DNA of 64,000 bases from Podarcis gaigeae (lineage: Eukaryota): the NCBI GenBank assembly GCA_964106915.2, contig OZ066929.1. One strand, 5' to 3'. The stretch's first letter is position 1. Every line of letters begins with the position of its first letter. Shown piece by piece: positions 36,214 to 47,508 of the stretch. The notes beneath the pieces were generated by a model. It saw only the letters and a program-made list of their open reading frames with translations, was not told the DNA's origin and did not search any database. The position numbers were made by a program, and so were the translations under genes.

Positions 36214-36669
36214 AAGGGCGCCCCCCGTTTTAAGTGGGGAGCGGTCTTTATGCTTGCTTTGCACAGCAGTAGAAACGATAAGAGAGAAATTGGTGCTTCT
36301 GCTGATAACATTTTCTACAAGCTGTCTCCTTTTGTGAATAGAGAGCCACACCGGAATGGGAGACTATGACAGGGGAGGCATTGTGACTTGCTGTGACCCA
36401 CGAGTAGTAGGCCCAAGGGGAATAATAGAAAAATACTTGCCTGTGGGAGAATTTTGAAATGCAAGAGCCTCCCATGATGCACTTGTATGAGGGTTTTCTG
36501 GAAATTCACTAGAGCAAGAGGAAAAAAAATACTCTCTGCCCATGCTCAGAGTTGCTCTCATCTTTATATTTTCACAAAGCCTTGGCACTCCAACTGGTTC
36601 TGAAGCTGGGCCTTGAAGTTGAATGCTGGTATTTGATGAGATTTCAAAAGCAAGAATATATGCCATCCA

Positions 36670-37085
36670 TTATTTGTTTGATTTCTTACCTGTCCTTCAC
36701 CCATAGGTCCCAAGGTGGGTTACAGCAATTTTTAGATACAATACTAAAAGCAGTTTCAAAGAAGTACAAACACAAGAATAAGGTGGGTCCTAAAATATAC
36801 ATTGCAGAGGTCGAAGACCAAGATAAAGAAGCGCATGTTCAGCATACGAAGGAAACTACATGATGAAGATGTCAAGCACACCTCTGGGAAGAGGGAATTT
36901 CACAGCTTAGGGGCTGCTGCAGAGAATGTCTACCCTGAGAAGCCACGCCTGAACTTCTGAGGAAGGTGGGACTACCAAGATGGACCCCTCTGCTGATCTT
37001 AATACAAGAGCGAATCTCATGGGGAGGAGACGGCCTTTCAGATATTTGAGGTATAAATCATTCAGGGCTTTAAACACTAATGTTT
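36670..37085 (-). mobile_element. Old L2 3' fragment
   Basis: GGGAATTTCACAGCTTAGGGGCTGCTGCAGAGAA...GGCTTTAAACACTAA, reverse L2 motifs. Confidence 0.6.
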
Positions 37086-37089
37086 AAAC

Positions 37090-37505
37090 GGTACGTTTCC
37101 GAGCACAATTCAAAGTGTTGGTGCTGACCCTAAATGGCCTTGGCCCAGTATGCCCGAAGGAGTGTCTCCACCCCCATCATTCTCCCCGGACACTGAGGTC
37201 CAGCACCGAGGGCCTTCTGGTGGTTCCCTCACTGTGAGAAGTAAGGTTACAGGGAACCAGGCAAAGGGCCTTCTTGGTAGTGGCGCCCACCCTGTGGAAA
37301 GCCCTCCCACTAGATGTCAAGGAAAGAAACAACTACCTGATTTTTAGAAGACATCTGAAAGCAACCCTGTTTAGGGAAGTTTTATAAGTTTGATATTTTA
37401 TTGTGTTTTTAATATTCGGTTGGGAGCCACCCAGAGTGGCTGGGGAAACCCAGCCAGATGGGCAGGGTATGTATGTATGTATGTATGTATGTATGTATGT
37501 ATGTA

Positions 37506-37548
<43 letters not shown>

Positions 37549-37549
37549 A
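37090..37549 (+). mobile_element. Young L2 3' end with compound (TATG)n(TAAA)n tail
   Basis: VRFRAQFKVLVLT...RAFLVVAPTLWKALP..FRRHLKATLFREV; microsatellite at 37468-37549. Confidence 0.92.
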
Positions 37550-38005
37550 TTATGTGAGCCTCCCCCAAATGACTGCTGGACCACATGAGGAGATGGTTGT
37601 GGGCCTTTCTCCAGCACCAAATCTTTGGCATTAAATGAAGGAAAGGGCTGTAGATGAAGAGCTGCTGTTCTAGCAGAGCACTGTTCCACTCTGCTCCAGC
37701 AATTCAAAGACCCAGGTCTGCAGGTCTGCCCCACAATGGTTCTAAATGGTCTTCTTCTGATGCGCTCCCTTGGGGGCCAATGGAAGCAGCCCTCCCCGTG
37801 CCTTGTTTGCGAGTGATGAATGGAAGCCCGGACTGAGCAGACCTGATTGCATATCTCCACATCCTTGGGGTGTTCCAGATGCACTGCCTGACCATGTTAC
37901 CGCAGAGCTCCCCATCGATCATGTTTAAGTGTGGTGCAGTTATTGGCTGTGGCCCCCTCTGGCAACAGAGCATTTAGCAGGATAAATATATATACTCACA
38001 TGTGT

Positions 38006-38006
<1 letters not shown>

Positions 38007-38048
<42 letters not shown>
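38007..38048. repeat. (CA)n microsatellite
   Basis: Direct observation. Confidence 0.97.
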
Positions 38049-38051
<3 letters not shown>

Positions 38052-38589
38052 TTCTCTGATGGAAAAGAGTGTGGGGAGGGAGGAGAAATGCTGTTAAGAA
38101 GAAGGAGACAGCTTAGTTCTTTTTCAGCAGAGCCTTTTGGGAGGCTGAGAGTGGGGGGCAGCAGGTGGAATTGAAACCGGGGTCACCGTCTCTTTCAGAG
38201 GGTCAAGGAATGTGGCAGTTGCTCATCTACTGGGTTCAAAGTCTTACCCATCTTCACGTTCTAGAATTCACCTGCTAATATTTGAGAAAGTGAATCAGTT
38301 ATGTGCATTGTACATTAAATGCACGCGGCGTTAATATGATAAGGAATAAACCAAGCAAGCAAGCAACTTCTATGAGATACAGGACAAAGGCTTGTTAAGG
38401 AATTTGGAAAAGGCTCCCATTCCAAAAAGACATGTCACTGCAACTCAGATGGAAGGTTTATCACACTTAGATGGCACATTTTGAGTGCCACCATTCTCAC
38501 TACCGAAAGGCTAAAAATAGTCCATGGTTCTAAATTTTATCACAAATTAGCATCTACAGTTTCAAAGCAAGACAGCGACATAATTAGGT

Positions 38590-38681
38590 TTTCCAGAGGG
38601 GTAGCTGTGTTAGTCTGTTGCAGCAAACACAACAGAGTCTTGTGGTACTTTAAAGGCTAACACGTTCTTCTGACATAAGCT
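38590..38681 (-). mobile_element. Penelope-like terminal-repeat fragment
   Basis: GTAGCTGTGTTAGTCTG...TTGTGGTACTTTAAAGGCTAAC; sister copy at 50243. Confidence 0.65.
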
Positions 38682-38978
38682 CCAGAATCAGGAATAAATT
38701 GAGTCCATCCATACTGTGCTAGCAACTCATACACACAGTAAGAACAATTAAAAAGCAAGGACACTTGGAGAGTCTTATAATAACTTGCATGTTATCAGCT
38801 ACATTTCCTCTCATTTGTGTGTCATGATCCGCAGCCAGGGTTCAGTTTGCCTCTGAAGGCCATTTGCTGGAAATCACAAGTGAGTGCTGTGGCACTCAGG
38901 TTCTGCTCAGGAGCTTCCCAGAGGCATCTGATTGGTTAATGTGAAAACAGGATAATGGACTAGATGGGATTATTATTA

Positions 38979-39269
38979 CCGTATTTTCCCATGTATAACA
39001 CGCCCCCATGTATAAGGCGACCCCTATTTTGGGGGACTCCAATTTAAGAAAATGGGGGGAGAACACGACCAATTGCTGCAGCAGCTGCCAATCCTCAACC
39101 GCACTTGTCATAGACACCAATCACCCACCCTATCGCCACTGATGAGCTCCTGCTCGCTGCTGCAACCAATTGCCAGTACCCCCTCAGCACTATCTGTGTG
39201 TAAGGCGACCCCCAATTTTGAACATTGTTATACAGTAAAAAAATCTCTTCTTGTGCACGGAAAAGTATG

Positions 39270-39270
<1 letters not shown>
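38979..39270. mobile_element. Tc2-like MITE inserted in the (TTA)n tail of an L2
   Basis: TA|CCGTATTTTCCCATGTATAA...TTGTGCACGGAAAAGTATGG|TA; TAT repeats on both sides. Confidence 0.8.
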
Positions 39271-39310
<40 letters not shown>

Positions 39311-39552
39311 CCTTGCCCATCTGGCTTGGTTTCCTCAGACAATCTGGGCAGCATCCAGCACATATAAAAAACACAATAAAACATCAAAAATTTAAAAAAC
39401 TTCCCAATACAGGGCTGCCTTCAGATATCTTCTAAAGGTTGTGTAGTTCTTTATCTCCTTGACATCTGATGGTATGGCGTTTCACAGAGAAAGTGCCACT
39501 GCCAAGAAGGCCATTTACCTGGTTCCCTGTAATTTCACTTCTCACAGTGAGG
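39271..39552 (-). mobile_element. L2 3' end with (TAT)n tail
   Basis: GGGCTGCCTTCAGATATCTTCTAAA...GGTTCCCTGTAA. Confidence 0.88.
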
Positions 39553-39889
39553 TAGCAGTGATCCTAATTCTGAAGACTCTTCTTATATTTGGAGATCCTG
39601 CAGTGCCTGGTGGGGAAATTGGAGGTTCAGGCAACTTATTTGGGGAGAGAGATCTGCTAGTACCTTATATAGTGTCCACTTGCTGGAAAGTACTGATATG
39701 CCACCCCTGTCAGAGGATGCATCCCTCGCAGTACTGCTAAATACTGCAAAATTAGGTGAGGGCCCTTTAATTAAGTAGCCAGCTTTTCCAGGGAGGTGTA
39801 GCCTACTACACTCCAGGACTGGTCAGCCTACATAAGGCTTCAGTCTCCCTATAGAGGTAAAGTCTCTTGTAGCTGTCCAAGGTCCTGTC

Positions 39890-40025
39890 CAGGGTTTCCC
39901 AAACTTGGGTCTCCAGTTGTTTTTGGACTACAACTCCCATCATCCCTGACTCGTGGTCCTGCTAGCTAGGGATGAAGGGAGTTGCAGTCCAAAAACAGCT
40001 GGAGACCCAAGTTTAGGAAACTGTG
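39890..40025. mobile_element. hAT (Charlie-like) palindromic MITE
   Basis: TTTCCCAAACTTGGGTCTCCAG...CTGGAGACCCAAGTTTAGGAAA. Confidence 0.88.
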
Positions 40026-42509
40026 ATCTAGACAGTAAGTCTTCTAGTGTTCCTAATCTATCTGGTGTGTTGGCTAGATCTTACAGCTGAATTGACAGCT
40101 GTGCATGTACACTCCTCTAGTCTACGCTAATGGGCTCACATGCAAATAGTTTCTGCTGGGAACCAGGATCATTAATTCTGCAACTTGGCTCATGCATAGA
40201 TCTGGTGTTCCTCGTTTGCATGTCTCAGACTGACACAAACTGCGCAAGGCTTAGTCAAAGCAAGAGAGGATCAACCTTTGGGGTGTTACATAAACAGTCT
40301 GTCAGTGGAGGAGATGCACACCCTTTAATTCCATCCTTGCTCATCTCCCAGATCTATGACTCTGTAACTGGGTGTTTCTGTAGTGAGGCTCAAGAATCAT
40401 CACAGCTGCGATTTGAGAACTACACAGCCAATTTTAGGGAAAATTAGATCTTTCTGAAGAAATTCTCTCCCCAGCTGGCCTCCATTTCCCATCTAAAGAG
40501 CAGGGTCTGAAAAGCTCCTCACAGCAGTCTTGGTGGGCTTTGAACACAGGAGTTGGCTACCTTGAAATGATCTGATCATCCAAAGAAGAAGCAGAATAGG
40601 GCATCTGAGGCCAAGGAAGCACTGAGAGGTCACCCAACTGCCTGAGGGTTGATGCTTGGCCTTCTACCCTGACTCCCTGCTTCCTTCCCTCATCTTTCCA
40701 GAAACAGACCAAAAGGCAGGATATGAGCACCACACTAAACATGAATGCAATTAATGTTTTAATTGAGGGGATGCTTGAGCAGCTTTGGGACCATGGGGAA
40801 GGGGCGTTCCACTCTTTCCCTAAATCTCCTCTCAAAAAGCTGCTCTTCGTGCTTCATTTGAAGCATCCACTGGTGTCAATGGGAACTTCTCATGAAATGC
40901 CAAGAGCAGTTTGGAGAGGTGGCTTTTGTTGTTGTTGTTCTTGTTGGGATGGGGAAAGGGAGAGGGGAAGAACTGAACTCCTTTCCCCCTCTCCCTTGTT
41001 CCCAAGGCTACTCAAGCTTACCCTCTGCTTGCATTTACACCACTAAAAGCATGCCTGTTAATTGCATCCATGTAATTCATTTCACATCTAGTTTGGCCCA
41101 GTGAAAGAAGGAAAAGGAGGAGAGGAAATAGTAAATGTGGTTTTGGTGATGGGGAAGGTGTGGGAAGCAGAGAAGGCTGACTCGTTCGGGCAAATGGGGC
41201 ATTGCCTCCCACTGCAACCTCAGTCTGCCCTCAGCCAGCTCCCACTTTCCCACCTTTTTTTTTAACCCTTACGATCAATCGGGTTACGGCATGGCATCAC
41301 CTGTCAACTTCCTCCTCCTTAGCCTCAGGGTTGCCCCTGTAAAACTCAGCAGGGAGAAGTAGGGAGGTAAAGCAAGAATTAGGTGGTTCTCCCTGTCATT
41401 GGCTCTTGCTCCCTCTATAGTTGGTCCCCGGTGCCTTCTGCCCTACCAGACACCACTGGTGGAAAGACCTCCACAACAGTCTATTAAGGAGATTCTGAGG
41501 GACCCTCCCTCCCTTCTCCAAAATGCCCCAACTCCATTGCAAATCTAGTAGCTGATTAAGTCCTTTTGGTGCTGCCAAGACATATGAAGTCAGTGTTTGC
41601 TGCAGTGACTGGGCCTGGATGTGGTTCCCATGGAAACCAGCCAGAGTTGAGTGTAAGCTCTGATGTTGTATGGACTCAGGGTTATCTCAGGAATGGAGAG
41701 GCAACATGGACTTCAAAGCTTTGTAGGTGGTTGCCTGTGGTCCATAGAGACATGTACTGGATGTGACTCACCTACCATGTGTGTGTGTATGAGAGAGAGA
41801 GAGAGAAATAGTCATCAGACTGAATTCTGGGATTCATGGGGCATTGCTTTTCCCATGGATCCCCAGGAATGGCTTTGCAGGACTTCTAGTTTCATTTGAA
41901 AATCAACAAGGATAGATTGGGTTATTTCCCCAGTGCTTTCCATTAAACAGACATTGAAGGGTTACAGAATCCTGGGCTTCACTGACAGATGATGCCAGTA
42001 GTTCTTTCACAAGGACCACGATGGCCTCATTTTGTGGCACAAAACACGTCCGGCGTCTGTTCCGGAAATGCGTGTGACTGGTCAATTGAAGAAGGCATTT
42101 GCTGAGGCTAACATGACAAGCAATATCCATAACTGCTGGTAATCTTCCTCAGATGTTCAATTGCTCCAATCCAGCTCCATTGAGTATGAAGAGGCTGCTA
42201 TTATCCAGAGATCCGTCTGTCACCAGTATTACAAATGGATGCTGACACGTGGCTCAGGCACACTCAGAGCATCCTGCTTATTAAAACATTTCTTTTGTTG
42301 TCTTCTGCAAAGGCTGGGAAGGGATCGTGGGAAAATGGCTGTTGCTTTTTGGAAACCAGAGTTTCAACGCTGTCCCTCCCCCTCTCCCCCAGTGTAAAAA
42401 CAATAATAAAACAACCCATCAAATGTGAGCCAGGTACACATTTTTCGCTCTCAGTGTCATTCACTGCCAGACAGAATAAAAAGATGGTCTATGAGAGTTT
42501 GGTCTAGGT

Positions 42510-42645
42510 CAGGCTTCCTCAACCTCAGCCCAACAGATGTTTTGAGACTACAATTCCCATCATCCCTGACCACTGGTCCTGCTAGCTAGGGATCACGGGA
42601 GTTGTAGGCCAAAAACATCTGGAGGGCTGAGGTTGAGGAAGCCTG
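42510..42645. mobile_element. hAT (Charlie-like) palindromic MITE, young
   Basis: Perfect 22-bp TIR CAGGCTTCCTCAACCTCAGCCC; 8-bp TSD GTCTAGGT (42502-42509, 42646-42653). Confidence 0.95.
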
Positions 42646-42769
42646 GTCTAGGTAGCACCAGGGAGTGGAGGCACGGGTGATGGATAGCTGAGAAGTCCCT
42701 GTTGCTGATTCAGCATTGAAAGCACCTAGGTAGTAGGTTCTGCTAATATACCTTATGGAAAGGTCCTAG

Positions 42770-42935
42770 TGCAGTGCATAGCTGTACTATGGAACTCACT
42801 CCCACAAGAGGCAGTGATGACGACCAACTTGGATGGCTTTAAAAGAGGATCAGACAAATCCATGGTGGAGAGGGCTATTGAAGGCTACTAGTCCCGATGG
42901 CTTTGCTCTGCTTCCGTTGTTGGAGGAAGCAATGC
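42770..42935 (+). mobile_element. CR1 3' fragment
   Basis: WNSLPQEAVMTTNLDGFKRGSDKSMVE. Confidence 0.85.
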
Positions 42936-42959
42936 TCCTACATACCAGATAGAAGCCTT

Positions 42960-43045
42960 TAGCAGCCCTATCAGATGCCAAGGATTGATTCCTAGGACCT
43001 TTCACATGGAAAGCAGGTGCTCTGTTGCTGAGCTGCAGCCACACC
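42960..43045 (-). mobile_element. Squam3-like SINE head (degenerate)
   Basis: Reverse complement resembles 50049-50120. Confidence 0.6.
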
Positions 43046-44566
43046 AATATTTCTAACTAGGCAATCGGAGATGTTGCAAAGACTTGAAGGAGCACTTCCC
43101 TTGACTCATGCCCAGCCATGTTTATTCCAACTGGGAAAGCCACATAACCAGGATCATAAAGAGATACAAAGAAAAGTCGTGCAAATGCAAGGACTCAAGA
43201 ACAGTGTTCCCCCCCTTAATTTCACTGCGTTATTTTTCTAATGTATTTGCCATTTCAGACATCTTTGTATAACCACCCTGAGATCCATGTTTGGATAGAT
43301 ATGTTAAAAATAAAATTCAATCTGCATCTGATACTCATTGTAGCACCAAGCTGGCTCAATTCAGTTTGAACAAGAAGGCTCCAGTTCGGTCAGCGATGGA
43401 AAGTGGCCAACGTTTCACTCCAAAACGGTTGCCTTTTCTTCTCAGCAGAGCTACAAAAAGATTTCAAGGCTTTGATGCTGGCTTTGAAAGGTGAGGCCTC
43501 CAATGCCTTCCACATAAAATTAATGAGGACAACAGCCGCCGGAGATGAATGGAGAATTCTATCTTCCCCAGTTGAGTTCTGCTCATTGTTCCATCTTGAG
43601 ATGTTTACTCTCTCCCCAGCAGGCCTCCTGCGTCTTGTTTCTTTTGTAAGGCAGTCGTCTTTTGCCAGTTACCTGGAGAATGCAGGCAGAGCTAGCATCT
43701 TAGGCGGTGTACCAAATATTTGCATCCCGGGAGTGGTCAGAAAGTCCGCTGGGGTCATCAACTACACAGCCCCCAGGCAAAGGTGATATCCAGCCAAATA
43801 TACAATTCGCCGCTTGGCAGTTTCCCTGTTCTTTTTCATTTCTTTTGAGGGCATTTCCTGGCAAGAATTCTCTGCATGTTCCTCTCTTTCTCTTCTGTTC
43901 ACTGACGGGCCCCTCAGCATCCCTTTGATTTAACTCCAAAATGTCTCTCTGTGTACTTAAACTCCATTCTGGAGTCTTTGCTCTTCCCCCACCCCAGGAT
44001 ACTTTGCAATTCAAACACTCACAGTTTATCATACCAGAATATCTCTAGGTAGTGGGATATATATATATTTTAAAGAAAGAAAACCCCCAAAATAAAATGC
44101 AAAAAATTAATAATTAACTGCCATATGTTTTTCTCTCTCCTCTTTCATCTCAGAGAAGCTGATGATGACTGGCGTCCCCAAAGATCTCGCACTCTTTCCT
44201 TTGCAAAGGGACGTGGGCTGCCAGAGAGGGAGCCTCTCGCTGATAACAAGAAAAGAAGTCATTTGAATCGGCTGAACAGCTGGAGACTCTGCTGTCCAGA
44301 AGGCACCCTGCGGAGCGCGCAGGCAGGAGGGAGGTTTGGCCAACACTCCCCATGGCTAGATCTGGACTGCTCCATGACAGGCTGAGGCAAGCCTTGAATG
44401 CTTTTTCTTTTCCACTAAGGGCCTGATTCTGTGGGCTGTTATGGCACCGGGAAAACTCTGATGCAGCTGCCTCATTCAGCTTGCTGCAAATGTGTCCCTA
44501 GGCCAGACCAAGGAGGCAGAATGCCTTCATAACCCTGCAGGCTCTGTTGCCATGGGTACCCAAGGC

Positions 44567-45205
44567 CAAACCCTCTGTCATGAATGAGACACCTCCCAGT
44601 AAAGGTTTGCAGCCAACTGAAGAAAGCAGCCAGGTACAAAGAGAGTTAACTGTCATGCAGGAGGAACATCAGCTGGTGACAACTCCCCCACCCCTTGGAA
44701 TGCCAGCTGATAAGGGATTGACTGAGAGCAGGCGGGAACCCAGCCAAAGCTTTCAGGAAGCTCCAACAGGCAGGGACAGAAAAGGAAGTAGTCTGTCAGA
44801 ATGGGAAGAGATTGGGGCTGATCCAATCCCTCCTAAGAGTCGGCTAAGGGGAGGGCTGTTAGACAGGAAGCAAAACAAGAGAAGAAAGATACACAAGTTC
44901 AATATCTTCTGCAAAACCCGGAAGGGGTCTTCAGAAGGGTCATCTTGACTGATGATGCCGGAGGCTGAGTTAGAGCCATCCGGAGCTATCTGTTTGTTTT
45001 GACAATAAATCATCCTTTTTTGTTAACTACGCTTACTATGTGATCAAGTTGGGGACTGGACTCCTGACACCCTTCAACATTTCTCCAATGAAAATAGGGA
45101 TGTCCTAAGGAAAAGTGGGATACTCCGGGATCAAATCAGAAACTGGGGTGGCTTTTCTGTAAATCTGGGACTGTCCCTGGAAAATAGGGACACTTGGAAG
45201 GTCTG
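44567..45205. mobile_element. hAT-like MITE split inside its left TIR by a solo LTR
   Basis: Reconstituted CAAACCCTCCAACATTTC...GGACACTTGGAAGGTCTG; flanked by CAAGGC on both sides. Confidence 0.75.
44576..45069 (+). mobile_element. Gypsy-like solo LTR (494 bp)
   Basis: TGTCA...TGACA; TSD CCCTC/CCCTT; AATAAA at 45004-45009. Confidence 0.8.
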
Positions 45206-45305
45206 CAAGGCATGGGTGGAAACCATGGGAAGAAAGACTGCATGGTTGCCTTAAGGGGGTGATTGGTTTCACCTCTGTTGCCCAACCTTCCAGCCCTAGG
45301 AGCCT

Positions 45306-45394
45306 TAGAATCATAGAATCATAGAGTTGGAAGAGACCACAAGGGCCATCGAGTCCAACCCCCTGCCAAGCAGGAAACACCATCAGAGCACTCC
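45306..45394 (-). mobile_element. CR1 extreme 3' end
   Basis: (CATAGAAT)n tail; GAGTTGGAAGAGACCACAAGGGCCATCGAGTCCAACCCC. Confidence 0.88.
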
Positions 45395-45780
45395 TTCATA
45401 TGCTTAGTTCAATGTTTATACATGTCAAATTAATTTTTAATGGTTGATTATTAATTTTTTAGTGTTACATTGTAGTGACATTATGTGACTCATCGTTTAT
45501 TTTTTCCTGAGAGCTGCTTTGAGCACAAATTTATTTGTGGAAAATAAATGCTATAAATAAAATGGGAATATGTTGGATATAGAGGAGGAAAGGGTGGAGG
45601 AAAGGGAGGAGGCCTGTGGATGTGTGGTAGTGGCCCAAAGGGCCACAATAAATGTGATAATGTGTACTCCTGTAAATCCTTGAGTGTGCTTCTAATAGAG
45701 AAGTTATGGTAGTCTGTTACTTTATGAAACTGATGATTTTGCAAGTTGCTGTTCCCATTGGGGCAGAAATACAGCTAATA

Positions 45781-46059
45781 CAGTGGTACCTCTACTTATG
45801 AATGCGATCCATTTCGGGGTGCCATTCGCATCCCAAAAAGTCTGTAAGTAGACAGCTGCTGCTGTGCATGCACGAAGCATGATAGAGCACTTCTGTGCAT
45901 GCACGAAGCGTGATGCAGAGCTTCTGTGCCTGTGTGAAGCGCACAAATCGCTTCTGCGCATGCGCATGTGGCGAACCCAGAAGTAAACACTTCTGGGTTT
46001 GCCACGTTCGTAACCTGAAAAGCCGCAACGTGAAGCAAACGTAACACGAGGTATGACTG
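45781..46059. mobile_element. pogo/Tigger-like MITE with internal ~30-bp tandem repeats and hairpin
   Basis: TA|CAGTGGTACCTC...GAGGTATGACTG|TA. Confidence 0.9.
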
Positions 46060-47232
46060 TATGTAAATCACAAAGATACAGCTCAAAGTTAGAACCTAAG
46101 TTGCTACATGTTGCAAATAGCTACACGTAACACAGGTTCCCAACATGCACACTAACACAATGTAACAGAACATGGTGGGAATCAGAACTTTATCAGCAGA
46201 AATTGCCAGTGCTTATTGCACATGTGTATTAAACATGAAATGAGGTAATGATGTATATGATTGGTGAACATTGAAATGCTTTGTTTGAAATTTTACAAAT
46301 ACCACGGCCTGGACGGGGTTACAGTTTTGCAGAATGATCCAACTGTAACCTATTGCTTTGCAATAAACAACGTTAGATTCCTAACTCCTCACGTTTCTGA
46401 GTTTTATTGACATAAACTCAGGAGATAAGCTATTTTCTGGCTTACAACAGATAAGCAAGGGAGAAAGCTGGAGGGCTAGGAGAAGGGCTAATTCGGAAAA
46501 GGGTCAGGAGGGGACACAGAGGTTGATGCAAATTGTTTCCCTGCAGAACTACCAGAGGCCGAGAGTGAGAGGCTGGGCGGGGGCTAAGTCTCACCCCTTC
46601 CCCTGATTTTTAACCATCTAATCTGATGAAGAGTTCTGGAAAAATAACAAGCTTTCTGTTTTCTGATATTTTGGATAGCCTGATCAATATATTGCCCTAC
46701 TATGGATTTTGGGGGTTTACCTATGGACCAACCATGATTACCTTTCAAGGAAACCCTGTTGTTAACTCTATGAGCAAGGTGTGGTTGAATGCCCACAGTG
46801 CCAGGCACAAGAAAATGGCTGCCTTGGCATCACCAAGTGAAATTTGGATGGTATCATTCTAATAAACACGGGATTTTTCTCTTTGTTCAGCCCTCAGCAT
46901 ATGGAATGGCACAATATTGACAGAAAGAGCCTCCTGCAGGAAAACAGGCTTAAATTCTGTTTCCCTCATTTACATCTCCCTGCCTCTATGCTGGGGCTGT
47001 GGGAGGCCAAGGCTACTGGGCGTTGCCATAGTGACCAAGAAGGATTATGGCTTTGTTCTAGCAAGGGATGGAGGCCACTTTGAGACCTCATTGACAGGGG
47101 TAAAACAAAAAATTAATTTGAATGTATTTATGGAAGATAAAGAACCAACAATTAATTTCTCAGAAGAGAAGAACTTGAGCACAAGCTGTTCTCCAAATCA
47201 TACCTTTGACCTAGAAGGCCACCCTCTCCCTT

Positions 47233-47233
<1 letters not shown>

Positions 47234-47279
<46 letters not shown>

Positions 47280-47508
47280 TTATACCCCGCCCATCTGGCT
47301 GTGTTTTCCCAACCACTCTGGGCAGCTCCCAATCAAGTGTTAAAAACAATATAGCATTAAATATTAAAAACTTCCCTAAACAGGGCTGCCTTCAAATGTC
47401 TTTTAAAAATAAGATAGTTATTTCCTTATTTCTTGACATTTGCTGGGAGGACATTCCACAGGGCAGGCACCACTACCGAGAAGGCCCTCTGTCTGGTTTT
47501 CTGTAACT
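47234..47508 (-). mobile_element. Young L2 3' end with (TTA)n tail
   Basis: (TAA)n 47234-47278, then the same sequence family as 17899 and 37090. Confidence 0.9.

Noticed and set aside
36248-36475. Decayed Gypsy chromodomain (SKFSHRQVFFY..W..YSWVTASH) upstream of the LTR
   Set aside because: Position and strand fit, but the similarity is too weak by eye and inconsistent with the youth of the adjacent LTR. It needs an HMM search.
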